A stretch of DNA of 64,000 nucleotides, taken from sequence record PV577658; one strand, 5' to 3'. Each line of letters starts with the position of its first letter. The first letter of the stretch is position 1. The notes under the pieces were generated by a model. The model was not told the DNA's origin. It ran no database searches and was given only the letters and a program-made list of their open reading frames with translations. This DNA comes from Escherichia phage vB_EcoS_MM-2. Positions 26,897-38,700 of the stretch are shown piece after piece. Made by a program: the position numbers and the translations under genes.

Positions 26897-29665
26897 CTAT
26901 GAGTTATCTGGCTTAATAAGCTCGCTAACAAGTTTCTTCAGTTCGGTTAATTCTTGCTCAAGTTTGTTAACTTTATCAGCTTGATAACGAAATGCGCAAG
27001 CTAGGTCTGCCATAATGACGTTGTTATCAAGCGCTAATGTGTCATCTGCTTTGTCAACAACAATTTGACGATCTACATATTCTTCACCTTCATCGTTAAC
27101 ACCTACAACATCTGCAAAAATATCACCTCCCGGGATTAATTTTACGTATTCGGGATCTATTTTTAGCAGGTCTTGGGCTATTAAGCCGAATCGTTGGATA
27201 TCGCTACCGTTGTATTTAAACATCGTTGGCAACCACTGCATAACTCGGTCATAGCTTTCTTTTCCATCTGTATAAATTATATCGTGCTTTAAATCTCTGT
27301 CAGAGTTAGCGGCCTTTTGAAAAATGAAATTTCCACTTGATGACCATGTGGTTATATCGTTTGAGGCTGGCTGAAACTGGAAGTTACAGAAAAAATTACC
27401 ATCACCACGAAGTCTTAGCGAGCAAAAAGGCCAAGCATTATTTCCCTGTGGGATAAGTCCCCAAGTTGCGCGAATTGGATAACCACCAGTGGATTGTGTA
27501 CCCCATGAAAGGCCAGGTGCCCATCCACCATCATTGTTAGCAATAGTCTCACCCCAAACAAGAGCATTACCCCAATAGTTAGGAGCATCCCATCCCATTT
27601 GTTGGGTTTTGCCAGTGTATTGAGCAGAATGCGTTCTGCCGTCAGGGTAAAACTTGTGCATATAGGACCGTATCCCTGCTTGATACAACTCTATTCCAAA
27701 AGATTCAACGTGTGTGTCGCCTCTTCTGATTAAACCAGCGATAGCGTAATCGTCATACCAGTTGTAACGACTTACACCAGTCCATGTGTTTATTGGTGGA
27801 TTCATGATTGAAAATAGTTGTGACGCATTGCGTTCATTCCCATCTGCATAAATACCAGCCCCAGGAGCTAAGGAAATACTTTTCGCTCCTGAAAAAGTAC
27901 CATTTTCATTAAACTGATAATACTGTGATGCCCCATTATGAAATACGCCTATTGTATGCTTTCCTACGCCTACTTGAGTCTCAAAATAAGACTGAGAAGA
28001 ACCAATATCTTCGCCTTGTGTATTCTTTAATTTTGAATGATATATACCTGCATTTGCAGTAGTTGCATTTTCCGTTTCGTTTTCAACATTAAGACTTAGG
28101 AACTTTGGTGCATGTTTCTCACCAAGCCCTATATTATTTCTGATACCATTCGCATCCTTAGCACCTGTACCACCAAATTGAATACCTAGTGGTAGCCATT
28201 GATTGGTTGTAGCATCATAAACGCCCCAATGATCCCCACCATCTGGAATGGTTAGATACTTGTTTTTATTTGGAGAATATAAAATTGTTTCACCAGAATT
28301 CTGAAACAGCCTATCAACTCCTAAATTATATCTAGCACCTTCAGGAGTATCTGCTCCTGTACCACCAGCCGCAGTTGATAATGGAAGAGTTTCCCATGAT
28401 ATTCCATCACCTTTTGTATCTCTCTGAAGTACAATAAGACCATCATCTCTAATAACAAATCTATATAATCTATTATGTGAATATAGAAAAGTATGAACCC
28501 CATCTTGTACAAGTGAGTCTATAAGGAGTGTCTGACGAGAAGCATTGATATTTGACAGATCTGAGAGATTATTTTCTTTTAGTAACGATTTACTAATGAT
28601 ACCTTCAGCTTTTCCAGCAGCTACTTCCGCACGCCCAGCGTCTGTAGATGCACTTTGTGCGCTACCAGCAGCATTGCTAGCTTGTTGTCCTGCTTCGGTA
28701 GCGCTATTACTTGCTTGTGCAGCCGAGGCTGCAGCAGCATCTTTTAGCACTGTAGTTTCCGTTACCGCACTATCCTTAATACCTTGTGTGTCTGTTTTTA
28801 ATTGCTCAACATCAGATTTTAAAGCCGTTGTTTCACCTATAGTGCTGTCTTTAATTAGTTGAGTATCTGTTTTTAATTGCTCAACATCTGATTTTAAGCC
28901 TTGAATAGTAGTTACTGATTGGTTAGCTGAGGCTGCGGAATGGGCTGCATTAGTCTCACTAGTTTTTGCATTGGTTTCACTAGTTTTTGCATTGGCTTCA
29001 CTAGCTTTTGCATTAGTTTCCGAGGTTTTTGCAGCGGATGCTGATGCGGCGGCTTGTGCAGAGAATATTTCTGCCCCATCTCTATAGCCTTTAGAATCCG
29101 AAGCAGAAGCAGCAGCATTAGTTTCACTAGCCTTTGCCTTATCTTCACTAGTCTTTGCTGCAATAGCAGAAGCAGCAGCATTAGTTTCACTAGCCTTTGC
29201 CTTATCTTCGCTAGCCTTTGCATTAGTCTCACTAGTTTTTGCGTTAGTCTCACTAGTTTTTGCATTAGTTTCACTAGCCTTTGCCTTATCTTCGCTAGTT
29301 TTAGCATTAGTCTCAGATATTTTAGCTGCAGCTGCTGATTCCTCCGATTTAGTAGCTGATGCAGCAGATTGAGTAGCAGATGTAGCGGACTGAGTGGCAG
29401 AGGCTTCAGAAGCTCCAGCAGAAATAGCAGCTTCCTGTTCAGAGTTCTTAGCATTAAGCTCCGAAGTTTTAGCCGCTATCTCAGAATCTTTTGCAGCTGC
29501 AGCAGACTTAGCTGCAGCCTCAATAGAAGATACTAACTCACTTGCAGTAATAGAGCTAATAGAATTACCTAGAGTTACTGTATATCTAGGAAACTTACTA
29601 GCAGTAGCTTTAGTATCATCAATATTTAATATTTGTTGTACAATAATTTTAGTAGTTACTGCCAT
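26897..29665 (-). CDS. ltf: L-shaped tail fibre protein with C-terminal intramolecular chaperone (S74-like) domain
   Basis: C-terminal DLKHDIIYTDGKESYDRVMQWLP...LIAQDLLKIDPEYVKLIP chaperone-like domain; internal TSETNAK heptad repeats. Confidence 0.75.
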   Translation of the reverse strand: MAVTTKIIVQQILNIDDTKATASKFPRYTVTLGNSISSITASELVSSIEAAAKSAAAAKDSEIAAKTSELNAKNSEQEAAISAGASEASATQSATSATQSAASATKSEESAAAAKISETNAKTSEDKAKASETNAKTSETNAKTSETNAKASEDKAKASETNAAASAIAAKTSEDKAKASETNAAASASDSKGYRDGAEIFSAQAAASASAAKTSETNAKASEANAKTSETNAKTSETNAAHSAASANQSVTTIQGLKSDVEQLKTDTQLIKDSTIGETTALKSDVEQLKTDTQGIKDSAVTETTVLKDAAAASAAQASNSATEAGQQASNAAGSAQSASTDAGRAEVAAGKAEGIISKSLLKENNLSDLSNINASRQTLLIDSLVQDGVHTFLYSHNRLYRFVIRDDGLIVLQRDTKGDGISWETLPLSTAAGGTGADTPEGARYNLGVDRLFQNSGETILYSPNKNKYLTIPDGGDHWGVYDATTNQWLPLGIQFGGTGAKDANGIRNNIGLGEKHAPKFLSLNVENETENATTANAGIYHSKLKNTQGEDIGSSQSYFETQVGVGKHTIGVFHNGASQYYQFNENGTFSGAKSISLAPGAGIYADGNERNASQLFSIMNPPINTWTGVSRYNWYDDYAIAGLIRRGDTHVESFGIELYQAGIRSYMHKFYPDGRTHSAQYTGKTQQMGWDAPNYWGNALVWGETIANNDGGWAPGLSWGTQSTGGYPIRATWGLIPQGNNAWPFCSLRLRGDGNFFCNFQFQPASNDITTWSSSGNFIFQKAANSDRDLKHDIIYTDGKESYDRVMQWLPTMFKYNGSDIQRFGLIAQDLLKIDPEYVKLIPGGDIFADVVGVNDEGEEYVDRQIVVDKADDTLALDNNVIMADLACAFRYQADKVNKLEQELTELKKLVSELIKPDNS
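28945..29320. repeat. tandem 21-bp repeats inside the tail-fibre gene
   Basis: About 14 copies of gcattagt(t/c)tcactag(t/c)(t/c)ttt in two blocks, encoding T-S-E-T-N-A-K heptads. Confidence 0.8.
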
Positions 29666-30087
29666 TATTTAGTTACCCCATCACTGATAAATACTTTACC
29701 CTCCATTATACGAAAGGAGCTAATTGCAGATCCTATAACATCTCTAGTCATAATTATATCATAGTATCCTGCGAATCGCTGACGAGGGTTATATTTATCT
29801 CTATCTTTAGATGCTCTAGCCCCTATATTTTCCACAGATTCTACTGGCAAACTTATAGCTACAGCCCCTTGAGCAGCATCAATAATATTAGTAGTAAAGG
29901 ATGCTAATATCTCCGCATTCTCATCTAGGCTATTTTTTATAGTACCCCTTAGAGAATACCCGGTTAAGTTAACGGGGGTATTTGTAGGTGGATAAGTACT
30001 ATCATCAACATCTAAGAACCGCATCATTAAACCATATGGTACTTTCTCATCTATTACTAAATCTATAACTCTATTTTCAGTACTCAT
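29665..30087 (-). CDS. small tail/collar protein (T5 p132-like by size and position)
   Basis: 140 aa, immediately upstream of the fibre gene; synteny only. Confidence 0.45.
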   Translation of the reverse strand: MSTENRVIDLVIDEKVPYGLMMRFLDVDDSTYPPTNTPVNLTGYSLRGTIKNSLDENAEILASFTTNIIDAAQGAVAISLPVESVENIGARASKDRDKYNPRQRFAGYYDIIMTRDVIGSAISSFRIMEGKVFISDGVTK

Positions 30088-30090
30088 TAT

Positions 30091-32163
30091 TTACCTTATA
30101 TGGATGTACCCGTTTTGCAGGTCTATCTTCATTCTGTAATAGGCTTCCGGATTATCAGATAATGCAGCGTTTCTATCATAAATAACGTTAACACCGATCT
30201 GAGATAAGAAGGCATTATTTGCTACAATCTTACTGGCGGTTACCGTACCATTAACTATCATATCGCCATGCAGTACCATTGCTGGGTTAACCCAACCGGA
30301 ACCATTCCATTGACGAGTAAATGCAGATTGCGGAGCATTACTATTAAACTCTGTCAATACATCATATCTAACTGGAGGACTACCAAAGTTATTCTGGAAG
30401 AAGGCATTAGCCTGCCCATCATCCCAACCACCAAGACCAGGAATACCTAAGGAATACATTCCAGGACCACGTTGTCCATCATGTCCTATAGTACCTTCAG
30501 TACCACTCCACTGAACTACATCAGACCAGCTAGTACCTGCAAGTAGCTTATTAGTAACTGGGTCAAGTGTACCCGTAGTCGCATAGATATTTTGTGTCAT
30601 ATCTGTACGATTAGGTGGAGTTTTTGACCAACCAGGAGGCGGATAATCTTGTTCTAGTGGCTTTGCTGGAAGTGCAGTTGATATCTTATAAACAAATACT
30701 GTTTGCTTGCCCTGTATACCTGTTTGGATATCTACATCGCCATTTGGTGTTCCAATTACTACTCCACTAGAAATACGTAGTACATCACCATCATAACGAA
30801 TCCACTGTGTGGCATTACCAATGTCTAACTTAGCTTTGGCAGAGGTATTATCCATGCCCATCCAAATACCGGAGTTATTATCCCCCCAAGATTTACCTTG
30901 AGTGTAAATTGCTGGATTATCCTTACCGGATAAGTTAGTCATGATAAAATTCGCAGCATTAATATCTCTAGTAATTACTTTACCATCAACGTTAACAACA
31001 CGGTTTATAGGATCAAAAGAAATAGGTGCTTTTCCCTCTTCATCTAGCAGACCAATGTTAATAGCACCAGTAGCTGCATCGATTAAGAATGTCTGTCTCC
31101 AGATTTCTCCATCTTTCATGCTGCCCTTAATAAAGGCATAGTTAACATCAATACCAGTCTCATTGACAAAGCTGTTATCTAGAGGAGTATCTTCATTCAA
31201 TATAAATGTTACAGGAGCTGATTCTGTTATATCTTGTTTATTTGGTCCCCAGGCAATTGATGATACCTTAAAGGTATGTTCAACTTTCCATGGGAATGAT
31301 ATAATTGTTGCAGCTCTGGCAGCACCAACGTTTATCTTTTGAGCTTTAGCCCAGCCAGTCTTAGCGTATTCTTCAGAATTTATATATGTAACCAAGAACT
31401 CACGAACATTAGCACCACCACCGCGTTCCCAATCCCACTCAATTCTAACATCATATCGTTCTTTACCATCAGCAATTCGTGCAGCTTTAAAAACAATATT
31501 GATAGGTGCAGTAGGAGGAACAAAATTATAAGCTACTGTTAAAATATTAGGGAATTCATAGTACCCAGAAGAATCAACTGTAACACCATCAGGCATAGTT
31601 ACTTGACCAGATATTCTGATCTTATAATCTCCGATAGGAACTCCACCAAATTTAATAGTAGAACCTAAAGCCCCAATGTAATACTTAGTCCAAGGACTGT
31701 CTTCAGTAGCTGTACTTTTTAACTCAATAGTACAGTAGCTTGCTTCACCAGTTGTTTCTACGACAACTATCGGTGCACCTACCCCAACATCCACAGGTTC
31801 TGATTCAGATCTTGCTGCAACAATTATTGGCTTCTCTTTTGTCCTAAAGTTAGTCTCATTAGAGAGATTGATACCAATCTTAGCCTCTAGCAGTTCAGAA
31901 TCAATAATAGAGTCGTAGAAAGCCCCTTGAATCTCGTAAGAGGTTGAAGGGGTCAGGTTATTAATCATTATGAAGAAAGTATCTATACCAGTATAATCAC
32001 GTCTATCTATACTTTCTCCTGTCTTTAACCAAAAAGATCTACCAATAACGTCATAGTCAGTATATATAGAGTGCTGGACATATGCCATTGTATATCCAGT
32101 CATTATACTATTTAAAACCATTTTGGCTGGTGCATTATTCGAAATCATTAAATGGATGCCCAC
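30091..32163 (-). CDS. tail tip / baseplate protein (T5 pb4-like)
   Basis: 690 aa, beta-rich; position between hub protein and p132-like gene. Confidence 0.5.
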   Translation of the reverse strand: MGIHLMISNNAPAKMVLNSIMTGYTMAYVQHSIYTDYDVIGRSFWLKTGESIDRRDYTGIDTFFIMINNLTPSTSYEIQGAFYDSIIDSELLEAKIGINLSNETNFRTKEKPIIVAARSESEPVDVGVGAPIVVVETTGEASYCTIELKSTATEDSPWTKYYIGALGSTIKFGGVPIGDYKIRISGQVTMPDGVTVDSSGYYEFPNILTVAYNFVPPTAPINIVFKAARIADGKERYDVRIEWDWERGGGANVREFLVTYINSEEYAKTGWAKAQKINVGAARAATIISFPWKVEHTFKVSSIAWGPNKQDITESAPVTFILNEDTPLDNSFVNETGIDVNYAFIKGSMKDGEIWRQTFLIDAATGAINIGLLDEEGKAPISFDPINRVVNVDGKVITRDINAANFIMTNLSGKDNPAIYTQGKSWGDNNSGIWMGMDNTSAKAKLDIGNATQWIRYDGDVLRISSGVVIGTPNGDVDIQTGIQGKQTVFVYKISTALPAKPLEQDYPPPGWSKTPPNRTDMTQNIYATTGTLDPVTNKLLAGTSWSDVVQWSGTEGTIGHDGQRGPGMYSLGIPGLGGWDDGQANAFFQNNFGSPPVRYDVLTEFNSNAPQSAFTRQWNGSGWVNPAMVLHGDMIVNGTVTASKIVANNAFLSQIGVNVIYDRNAALSDNPEAYYRMKIDLQNGYIHIR

Positions 32164-34997
32164 TCCACAGACTGTTCTCCATCATCTCCTTCTGCTCTAA
32201 TACGAAAATATAGTTTTCTATTTATTCCTAGAGCATCACTGTTATGAAGAGCAAAATCTGCCTTATTATACATTAATAAATAGTCATAAGTATACTGATT
32301 TTCAATACGTACACTTCTTAGCATTCTATTCTGGGAGTCATAGATTTCCAGAGTATAGAATATACTTTCTATTATATCTTCTTCTGGTATCCTATCCCAA
32401 GCTAGTTTTACATCTGGGCCTACAAATTCAGTTACATCCCCAGAAGCCGTATTAGTTACCCTAAAATTAGATACTATACTTAGGTTTTTAGCAGAGTTAA
32501 GTTCTATAGATAAGGTTACTGGAGAACTTCTTCTACCATTTATATCCACAGCCCTTATTTCAAATATCGCTAAGCCTGCAGGCTCTCCAATTATCTCTTG
32601 GATCATGCGTTCATTGGGATTTGTTTCTAGTTGCTGCACAATATAAGGCTCAGCATGCCCGGAATGCACGATAGAGTAATAAACTACGTTATTAGTTAAG
32701 CTTGGAAGCCAAGATAACTCACCATTTTTTCCTATAGAACCAACTAAACCACCGGGTGTAGGAGTATATTTAAAATCTCTAGGAGGAAGAACGTTGTTAC
32801 TAATATCTGGTATATCATTACCACTATTATCTACTTGATCAGAGTTGATAAATACATCTTCCCCATACTCCTGTAGAGTAACATTTATCTTTCCTTCTCT
32901 AGAGTTTTCGACTTCATCTACTAAAAAGTACTTCTTATCCCATCCGTAACGGTCGTATGTAAATGCAATAGCATCGTTAGGCTCAATACCAATGAATTGA
33001 TATGGTAAAGAAAATGAGAGGGTTCTAGAATACCTAGATTTCTTAAGTTCTCTGTCTGCAAAACTTCTAGCAGTATAGTAGTTAGTTATATTTGCAAAAG
33101 ATAATTGTAATTTTTTATCTAAATTTTTATCCTGCTCTTTATATTTAGAGTTATAAAAGGTAATAGAGTTAGTTTTCCAGCTAAGAGCTGGGTCTACTAT
33201 GGATGCTTGAACTGAGTTGAATTTATTTCTACCAGTAGTATCTGATAGCTCTAAATCACCATAAGTATCCAGAAAATTAATCTCTAATGGAGTATTAGAA
33301 TATTTTTCTACAGTAATCCTATATTGACCAGATAAGTTGTTAATAGCCCCACCGTAGGATTCTAGTAAACCTTGCACATTTTTAAATACTGATTCAGATG
33401 TATCTAGAATAGTATTCATTTGTACTATTTGTCTATTTTCTGCTAATGGATCAGTCCACCCAACATATCTCCAGTATGGCTGCCAGGATACTTGGTAAGA
33501 TTCATCTATAATATCTAAGATAGCAGCTTCTTGTACCAATTGTTGTAGGGGGAACTGATCAATAGCAATGTTTGCACCATACCTATCTGAAGTTAAGTAG
33601 TCAAGTGTTTGCCAAATACCATTTAAACTAGTACTATTAGCAGTTACTCTACCATCAGGATGATAGATTTTTATCTTCTTACCCTGAATCTCAGCACTAA
33701 CTTCTGGAATCTCAGTTCTATTTTCATTAATAGTAAAGCGTACTACCGCGTATGCAGTATCTAATAGTTTATATCTAGCATCCCAGTACTCAGGCCCATT
33801 ACCGTTCATATTTTGGAGATAGAACCCACGTTCCTTCGCTATATTTACTAATACTTCAGAAGCCGTTTGATCAGCTTTTCCATGATAAGTCCAAATCCTT
33901 ATATCACCATTACCATCATTATATTTATATTCCTGACCGTGCACAGAAGGACTACTAGAAGATATTCCTGATGCTATTCTTTGCATGGTGTCTCCTGCTA
34001 CTTTTTTAACACCGAAACAGGTTCTAGCAGAGCTATCATTAGAGTCCATACAAATCATAGGGTTATCCCCAAAGGAAAAGTCAAGAAAACCGTCTATCTC
34101 TCCTTCAGCAAAAGCGTATACTACGTAAACTATATTAGGATTGTGTAATTCCGTATCCGCAAAAATAGGTATTCCCGGTATTTTCTGTACACCATAAACT
34201 ACTGGTATATACTTAGCAGCAAGGTTAAAATCTATATCTACTTCTTTAGTAACAGTCTCATAATACTTTTTAAGACTATAACTTCTAGATAGTCCAAATA
34301 GCTTTTTCTTAGACTTTAGCTTGTATCTTTCTTCCTGTACCTGATACTTTGCTAGAATAGAGATACTTTTATTGGCATGAAAGAACCCATAATCTTCCTG
34401 GTACTCAAGTCTTTTAGCCCCGTTAGATGGAACTAATTGTCCTGCTACAACCTCAAGCCCTCTATGAGAAGCATCATCAGTAAACCTACCGTTAACCCTA
34501 TCAAAATCATAGAATTGGTTAGAACAATTCCAAGTAATTGTAGAGGTTCCAACCCCAGAAGTACTAATGTTGTCCTTAATACCTCCACCAGTAATTCTCC
34601 CTCTAAAGTATAATAAAGGGCCATTTGTGTCTGGGTCTACAGGTAAAATAGAACCATCCTCTGTAATAATTGCTTGATGAATTGATACTAGTCTATCTAA
34701 AAAGGACACACCATTCTGCACTAATTTCAGTACTTCATCCTGCGCTGTACCTGTAATAGTAAAGGATAGGCTGCCAATAGATAAATCTCTATTTTGTTTA
34801 TGTGTGCTAATAGACTTAACTTTACCGGCCTGGTACAAAATACCATTATATAGTACATCTCTAAAATAGTCAGTTAAGTAAATAAAAGCAGTACTAGTAC
34901 CAGTAGAGCCGGGTAATTCTAGAGAAATTAGACTAGCAGTTTTTATTCTGCTATTATTTTTTAAGTAGTTTCTAGCACTATCTAATATTTTTTTCAT
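32148..34997 (-). CDS. baseplate hub / tail-associated protein (T5 pb3-like)
   Basis: 949 aa, directly downstream of the Dit-like gene; synteny and size. Confidence 0.55.
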   Translation of the reverse strand: MKKILDSARNYLKNNSRIKTASLISLELPGSTGTSTAFIYLTDYFRDVLYNGILYQAGKVKSISTHKQNRDLSIGSLSFTITGTAQDEVLKLVQNGVSFLDRLVSIHQAIITEDGSILPVDPDTNGPLLYFRGRITGGGIKDNISTSGVGTSTITWNCSNQFYDFDRVNGRFTDDASHRGLEVVAGQLVPSNGAKRLEYQEDYGFFHANKSISILAKYQVQEERYKLKSKKKLFGLSRSYSLKKYYETVTKEVDIDFNLAAKYIPVVYGVQKIPGIPIFADTELHNPNIVYVVYAFAEGEIDGFLDFSFGDNPMICMDSNDSSARTCFGVKKVAGDTMQRIASGISSSSPSVHGQEYKYNDGNGDIRIWTYHGKADQTASEVLVNIAKERGFYLQNMNGNGPEYWDARYKLLDTAYAVVRFTINENRTEIPEVSAEIQGKKIKIYHPDGRVTANSTSLNGIWQTLDYLTSDRYGANIAIDQFPLQQLVQEAAILDIIDESYQVSWQPYWRYVGWTDPLAENRQIVQMNTILDTSESVFKNVQGLLESYGGAINNLSGQYRITVEKYSNTPLEINFLDTYGDLELSDTTGRNKFNSVQASIVDPALSWKTNSITFYNSKYKEQDKNLDKKLQLSFANITNYYTARSFADRELKKSRYSRTLSFSLPYQFIGIEPNDAIAFTYDRYGWDKKYFLVDEVENSREGKINVTLQEYGEDVFINSDQVDNSGNDIPDISNNVLPPRDFKYTPTPGGLVGSIGKNGELSWLPSLTNNVVYYSIVHSGHAEPYIVQQLETNPNERMIQEIIGEPAGLAIFEIRAVDINGRRSSPVTLSIELNSAKNLSIVSNFRVTNTASGDVTEFVGPDVKLAWDRIPEEDIIESIFYTLEIYDSQNRMLRSVRIENQYTYDYLLMYNKADFALHNSDALGINRKLYFRIRAEGDDGEQSVEWASI

Positions 34998-35608
34998 AGA
35001 CTTTCCCGTAAATTTAATGAGATGTTGGAGTATGTTCCGTTATTATTTAGTGTAGATCCAAAAGCATCACCATTCATGAGTTTTGTTCTAAATAGTATTC
35101 CATTAAATACTGGCTTCTCCGCTCCAGTAGTAGTTATAAATAAATCAGGGTATAAGTTTATGGACCATGTATTACCTGATTTGTTAAATGATGTTATTTT
35201 ATATACTTTTGGGTGGTTAGACAGCTTAAACAGATCTCCCGGTTTTGGAGTACCTGTAAGAAGTCCTTTTGTATCCATAGTTATATTAGAACCTTTCTGT
35301 CCAGCAGGTATATTTACTAGACTAGTATTACCTCTAACTCTAAAAGCTTCGTATTGGGGTAATATAACATCTATATAACCACCAGTCCTTTTGTATTCTA
35401 GAATAAAAGCATCTAGAACACTATATTCATCTGGAAATAATTCTGGATAAGAAATATTTATACCCCAGTATTGAGCAGATACCTTAACTTCGTTAACTTT
35501 ACCATTTGGTAACTCATCACGAATTACTGGGTCATTATCAATCAGGTTAACACTTTCGAATCCTAAGCCTGAAAGTTCTGGATTCGTGTATGGGTCTGGT
35601 AATCTCAT
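34994..35608 (-). CDS. distal tail protein (T5 pb9-like)
   Basis: 204 aa directly downstream of the tape-measure gene; strong RBS ATTAAAGAGGAGAAATTAACTATG. Confidence 0.55.
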   Translation of the reverse strand: MRLPDPYTNPELSGLGFESVNLIDNDPVIRDELPNGKVNEVKVSAQYWGINISYPELFPDEYSVLDAFILEYKRTGGYIDVILPQYEAFRVRGNTSLVNIPAGQKGSNITMDTKGLLTGTPKPGDLFKLSNHPKVYKITSFNKSGNTWSINLYPDLFITTTGAEKPVFNGILFRTKLMNGDAFGSTLNNNGTYSNISLNLRESL

Positions 35609-35635
35609 AGTTAATTTCTCCTCTTTAATAACAAT

Positions 35636-35664
35636 ATTATAATAGTATTAGAAAATTTTATCAA
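35636..35664 (-). promoter_or_regulatory. sigma70-like promoter (TTGATA-17-TATAAT) upstream of the Dit-like gene
   Basis: Minus-strand reading: ttgataaaattttctaatactattataat. Confidence 0.5.
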
Positions 35665-35680
35665 GAAATTTTTATTTTTC

Positions 35681-35710
35681 CATAAAGAAAAGGAGGACTC
35701 AAAGTCCTCC
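35681..35710 (-). terminator. rho-independent terminator downstream of the tape-measure gene
   Basis: ggaggac-tcaaa-gtcctcc hairpin followed on the minus strand by ttttctttatgg. Confidence 0.6.
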
Positions 35711-35717
35711 TCCAGTT

Positions 35718-38700
35718 TTAAGAGTTTCCTAATGTTTTCAGACTAGCACCGTTCTCATTCAGAGCTAATTCTACTGCGTCTCTTAGAGCACTACTATTAC
35801 TAGAAGCAAACTCTCTGAAACTTGCGGCATCCATAGCACTAATATTCAAGATGATAGGTCTTCCTGAAGTTGAGTTAGATGAGGCTTTTAGCTCATCATT
35901 AGGTGTAGCTTTCATAGGAACCATAGGGGTAACTACTTCTGTACCATGTTCACCCATTTGGTAACTAACCCCTGGGTACATATTACCACCTTCAGCACGA
36001 GGAACGAAAGAGTTGGCACTACCTATACCTTGATCGCCACGAATATAAGATAGTTCACCTGCATTAGCAGACATGGACACATCTATATTCTTTTGACGCT
36101 CTCCTAAGGTTAAGTAACTAGTTGTATCAGCTCCCGAATCAGCAATACTCGACATACTCGATGCAGAGGATGCTTGGGCGAGGGCCAGAGCACCTGCCAA
36201 ACCTGCCGCTACCATCAGAGGGATAGAGAACGGGTATGGAACAGCTGTTGCCGCCTGCATTACAGCTACTGCAGTTTGGATGATAATCTGCTTCTTAGCT
36301 GCGTCTTGTTGAATCTTCAGCTTTTCAGCTTCTAACTTTTTCAGTTTAGCTTTAGATGCCTCAGATTTACCATCTCGTTTCTGCTCTGCTGCAATAGCCT
36401 GATCAATTGCACTAACCTGTTGACTAGTACTATATTGAATCATAGAGGCCACAGTCTGCATACCTGAAGCAATCATAGATGTAGTATCTAAAGATCCCTG
36501 GGAGAATTGAATCATAGCATTGGTTAGGTTACCCATGCTTTGAGCTACAGCGGTTGCTTCAGAGTTTAGCTCAGATAGTTTAGAGATTGCCTGATCATAA
36601 GAAGCCATTCTATTTTGCATATCAGCAAAATCTTTATCTTCTCCAGATAATCCAGTTGTAGGGGTATACACAGCACCTACAGAAGACCCTACCTGTTGCT
36701 GCATCTGGCTATCTCTCTGTTTTCTAAGCTGTTCTAAGGCTGCTGAAGTTTTATAAATCTCATTACGATATTTAATTTCTTCTTCAGTATTACCTTTAGA
36801 CAGCTCCAGCTGCTGCTGCAGAATAGATAACCTTTCAGTGAGAATCTGGGACTGACCAGTGACATTTCTCTGCGTTTGGCTAACCTCTAAGGCATCCATA
36901 AGGGCGGATACATGAGTAGCAGTAGCTTGTTTCTCTGCTTCCCATAACTCTCTACTTATCTGTGCTTGAGCACGTCTAGACTGTTCTGCCTCTTTTTGTT
37001 TATCCGCTTGTTTTAAGTACCACTCATATTTTTCTTCCTCTATAGTTAGTTCTAGCTTTAACTGTGCTAATCTATACTGAGTGCTAGTCATAGTACGGTC
37101 ATTCAGAAGAGCTATCTCACGATCTACACCCAGAATTTTATCTGTGTAATCCTTGACCTTTTTCTGGGCTTCCATACCCTGATTAGTAAGCTTAAGTTTC
37201 TCCAGCTGAATTTTTTCAATTTCTTTCTCAACAGCTTTATTTCCCTGGTTTGTTTGAAGAACACGGCGTAAAGCAGCTTCTTGCTCTTCTAACTGTTGGA
37301 GTTCTAAATGCCTACCAGCTTCCTGTGCTTTTTCTTTATCCTTAGTTTGGTTATATACATCAGCTATCTTCTGTTGAACTGCTAACTGATTTTTAGTTTC
37401 ATTACCAGTTAGTTTAACATACTCAGATAGAGCCTGAGATGCAGTTTTCATTTCAGATAGGGTGTTAAACCCTAAGTTGAGACTTTTAACGTACTCATCA
37501 GCACTCTTACCAGTTCCTGCGGATAGAGACGATACGTTTTTAATTACTTCTTCAAAAGTTGCACTGGTTTTAGCGGCAGTATCTGTGCTAGTAGCTATAT
37601 TTTGAAAGTCATTAGCTAAATCACTAGACGTTTTCTTAGTTTGGTTATATGCTTTTTGTTGCTCTGTCAGACCCTTTAGAGCAGCAGAATTAAAGTCATA
37701 TACAGCATCTGGGTCATATACATCTTTCTGTAGATTAATCTGTTTCTGGAACTCCGGATTAGCCTTTGCAGCAGCAGCTCCTGCAGTTTGGAAGGCCGAT
37801 TTCCAAGCAGTAAGGTTTTCAGTAGAATCTTCTACTTCTTTATCTAACCTACTTACTTGTAGACCCATAGCGGCGGTTTCTGCTACAAATTGCTTATTGG
37901 CCTCCGAAGCACCTGCTGCTGCAAGACCAACAGGAATACCTTCACCAACTTGACGTATAGCTAGTTTTGTATAGAAATCTGCTTGTTCCATTCGTTTATC
38001 GAACTCAGATTTTAGCTTATTACGCTTATCAAGAGATTCCTTATACATATCTAGAGCTTTATTATAGCCTTCTTCAGAAGCAGCTAAACTTAAAGCAACA
38101 GCACCAACGTTGGTAGGGTCTATCTGTCTATTAGTTTTTTCTTGGGCCCTAGCTGCCTCAGCAGATATAGAAGCCTGAGATGTATAAAATACTGTGTTGA
38201 TAGCATCAATTACTGGCCCTAAATACTTAGCAGCAGCTTGTTGTATTTTTCTTAGTGCAGCATCTGCATTAGCAGCAAATTGCTCCCATGGGGTTGCACG
38301 TAGTACTTCATCTAGGTAGCCAAACCGCTTAGTAGATTCAGCAATTACCGCGTTAGCATATGCTTGTTGTTTCTGGAAAGTGGTAAGACTATTAACATTA
38401 TATGTTATACCTGTGTTTGCAGCATTTAACTGTTTAACATAATCAGCGTATGCGTCATTAAGACGGATGGTGACACCAAGTTCATCCAGAAGTTCAATTT
38501 CTTGTTTAGATACGCCCTTAATTACACGGTTAAGTGCATCAGTCATATCAACGCCAAGAACAGCAGCAGCACGACGAGCTACTAAACCAAATTTATTAAG
38601 TTGTTCAGCATCAAATCCATAAGCAGATGCTGAAGATGCCTGTCTCATTGCTTCCTCAAAAGAAATAGCATATCCAGCAGCTTCTTGTAGTGATCTAGCA

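Noticed and set aside
28545-29672. Overlapping ORFs on both strands within the tail-fibre repeat region (28545..28862, 28912..29454, 29054..29338, 29394..29672)
   Set aside because: Artefacts of the tandem 21-bp repeats and Ala/Ser-rich coding sequence; the fibre frame has the chaperone-domain support.
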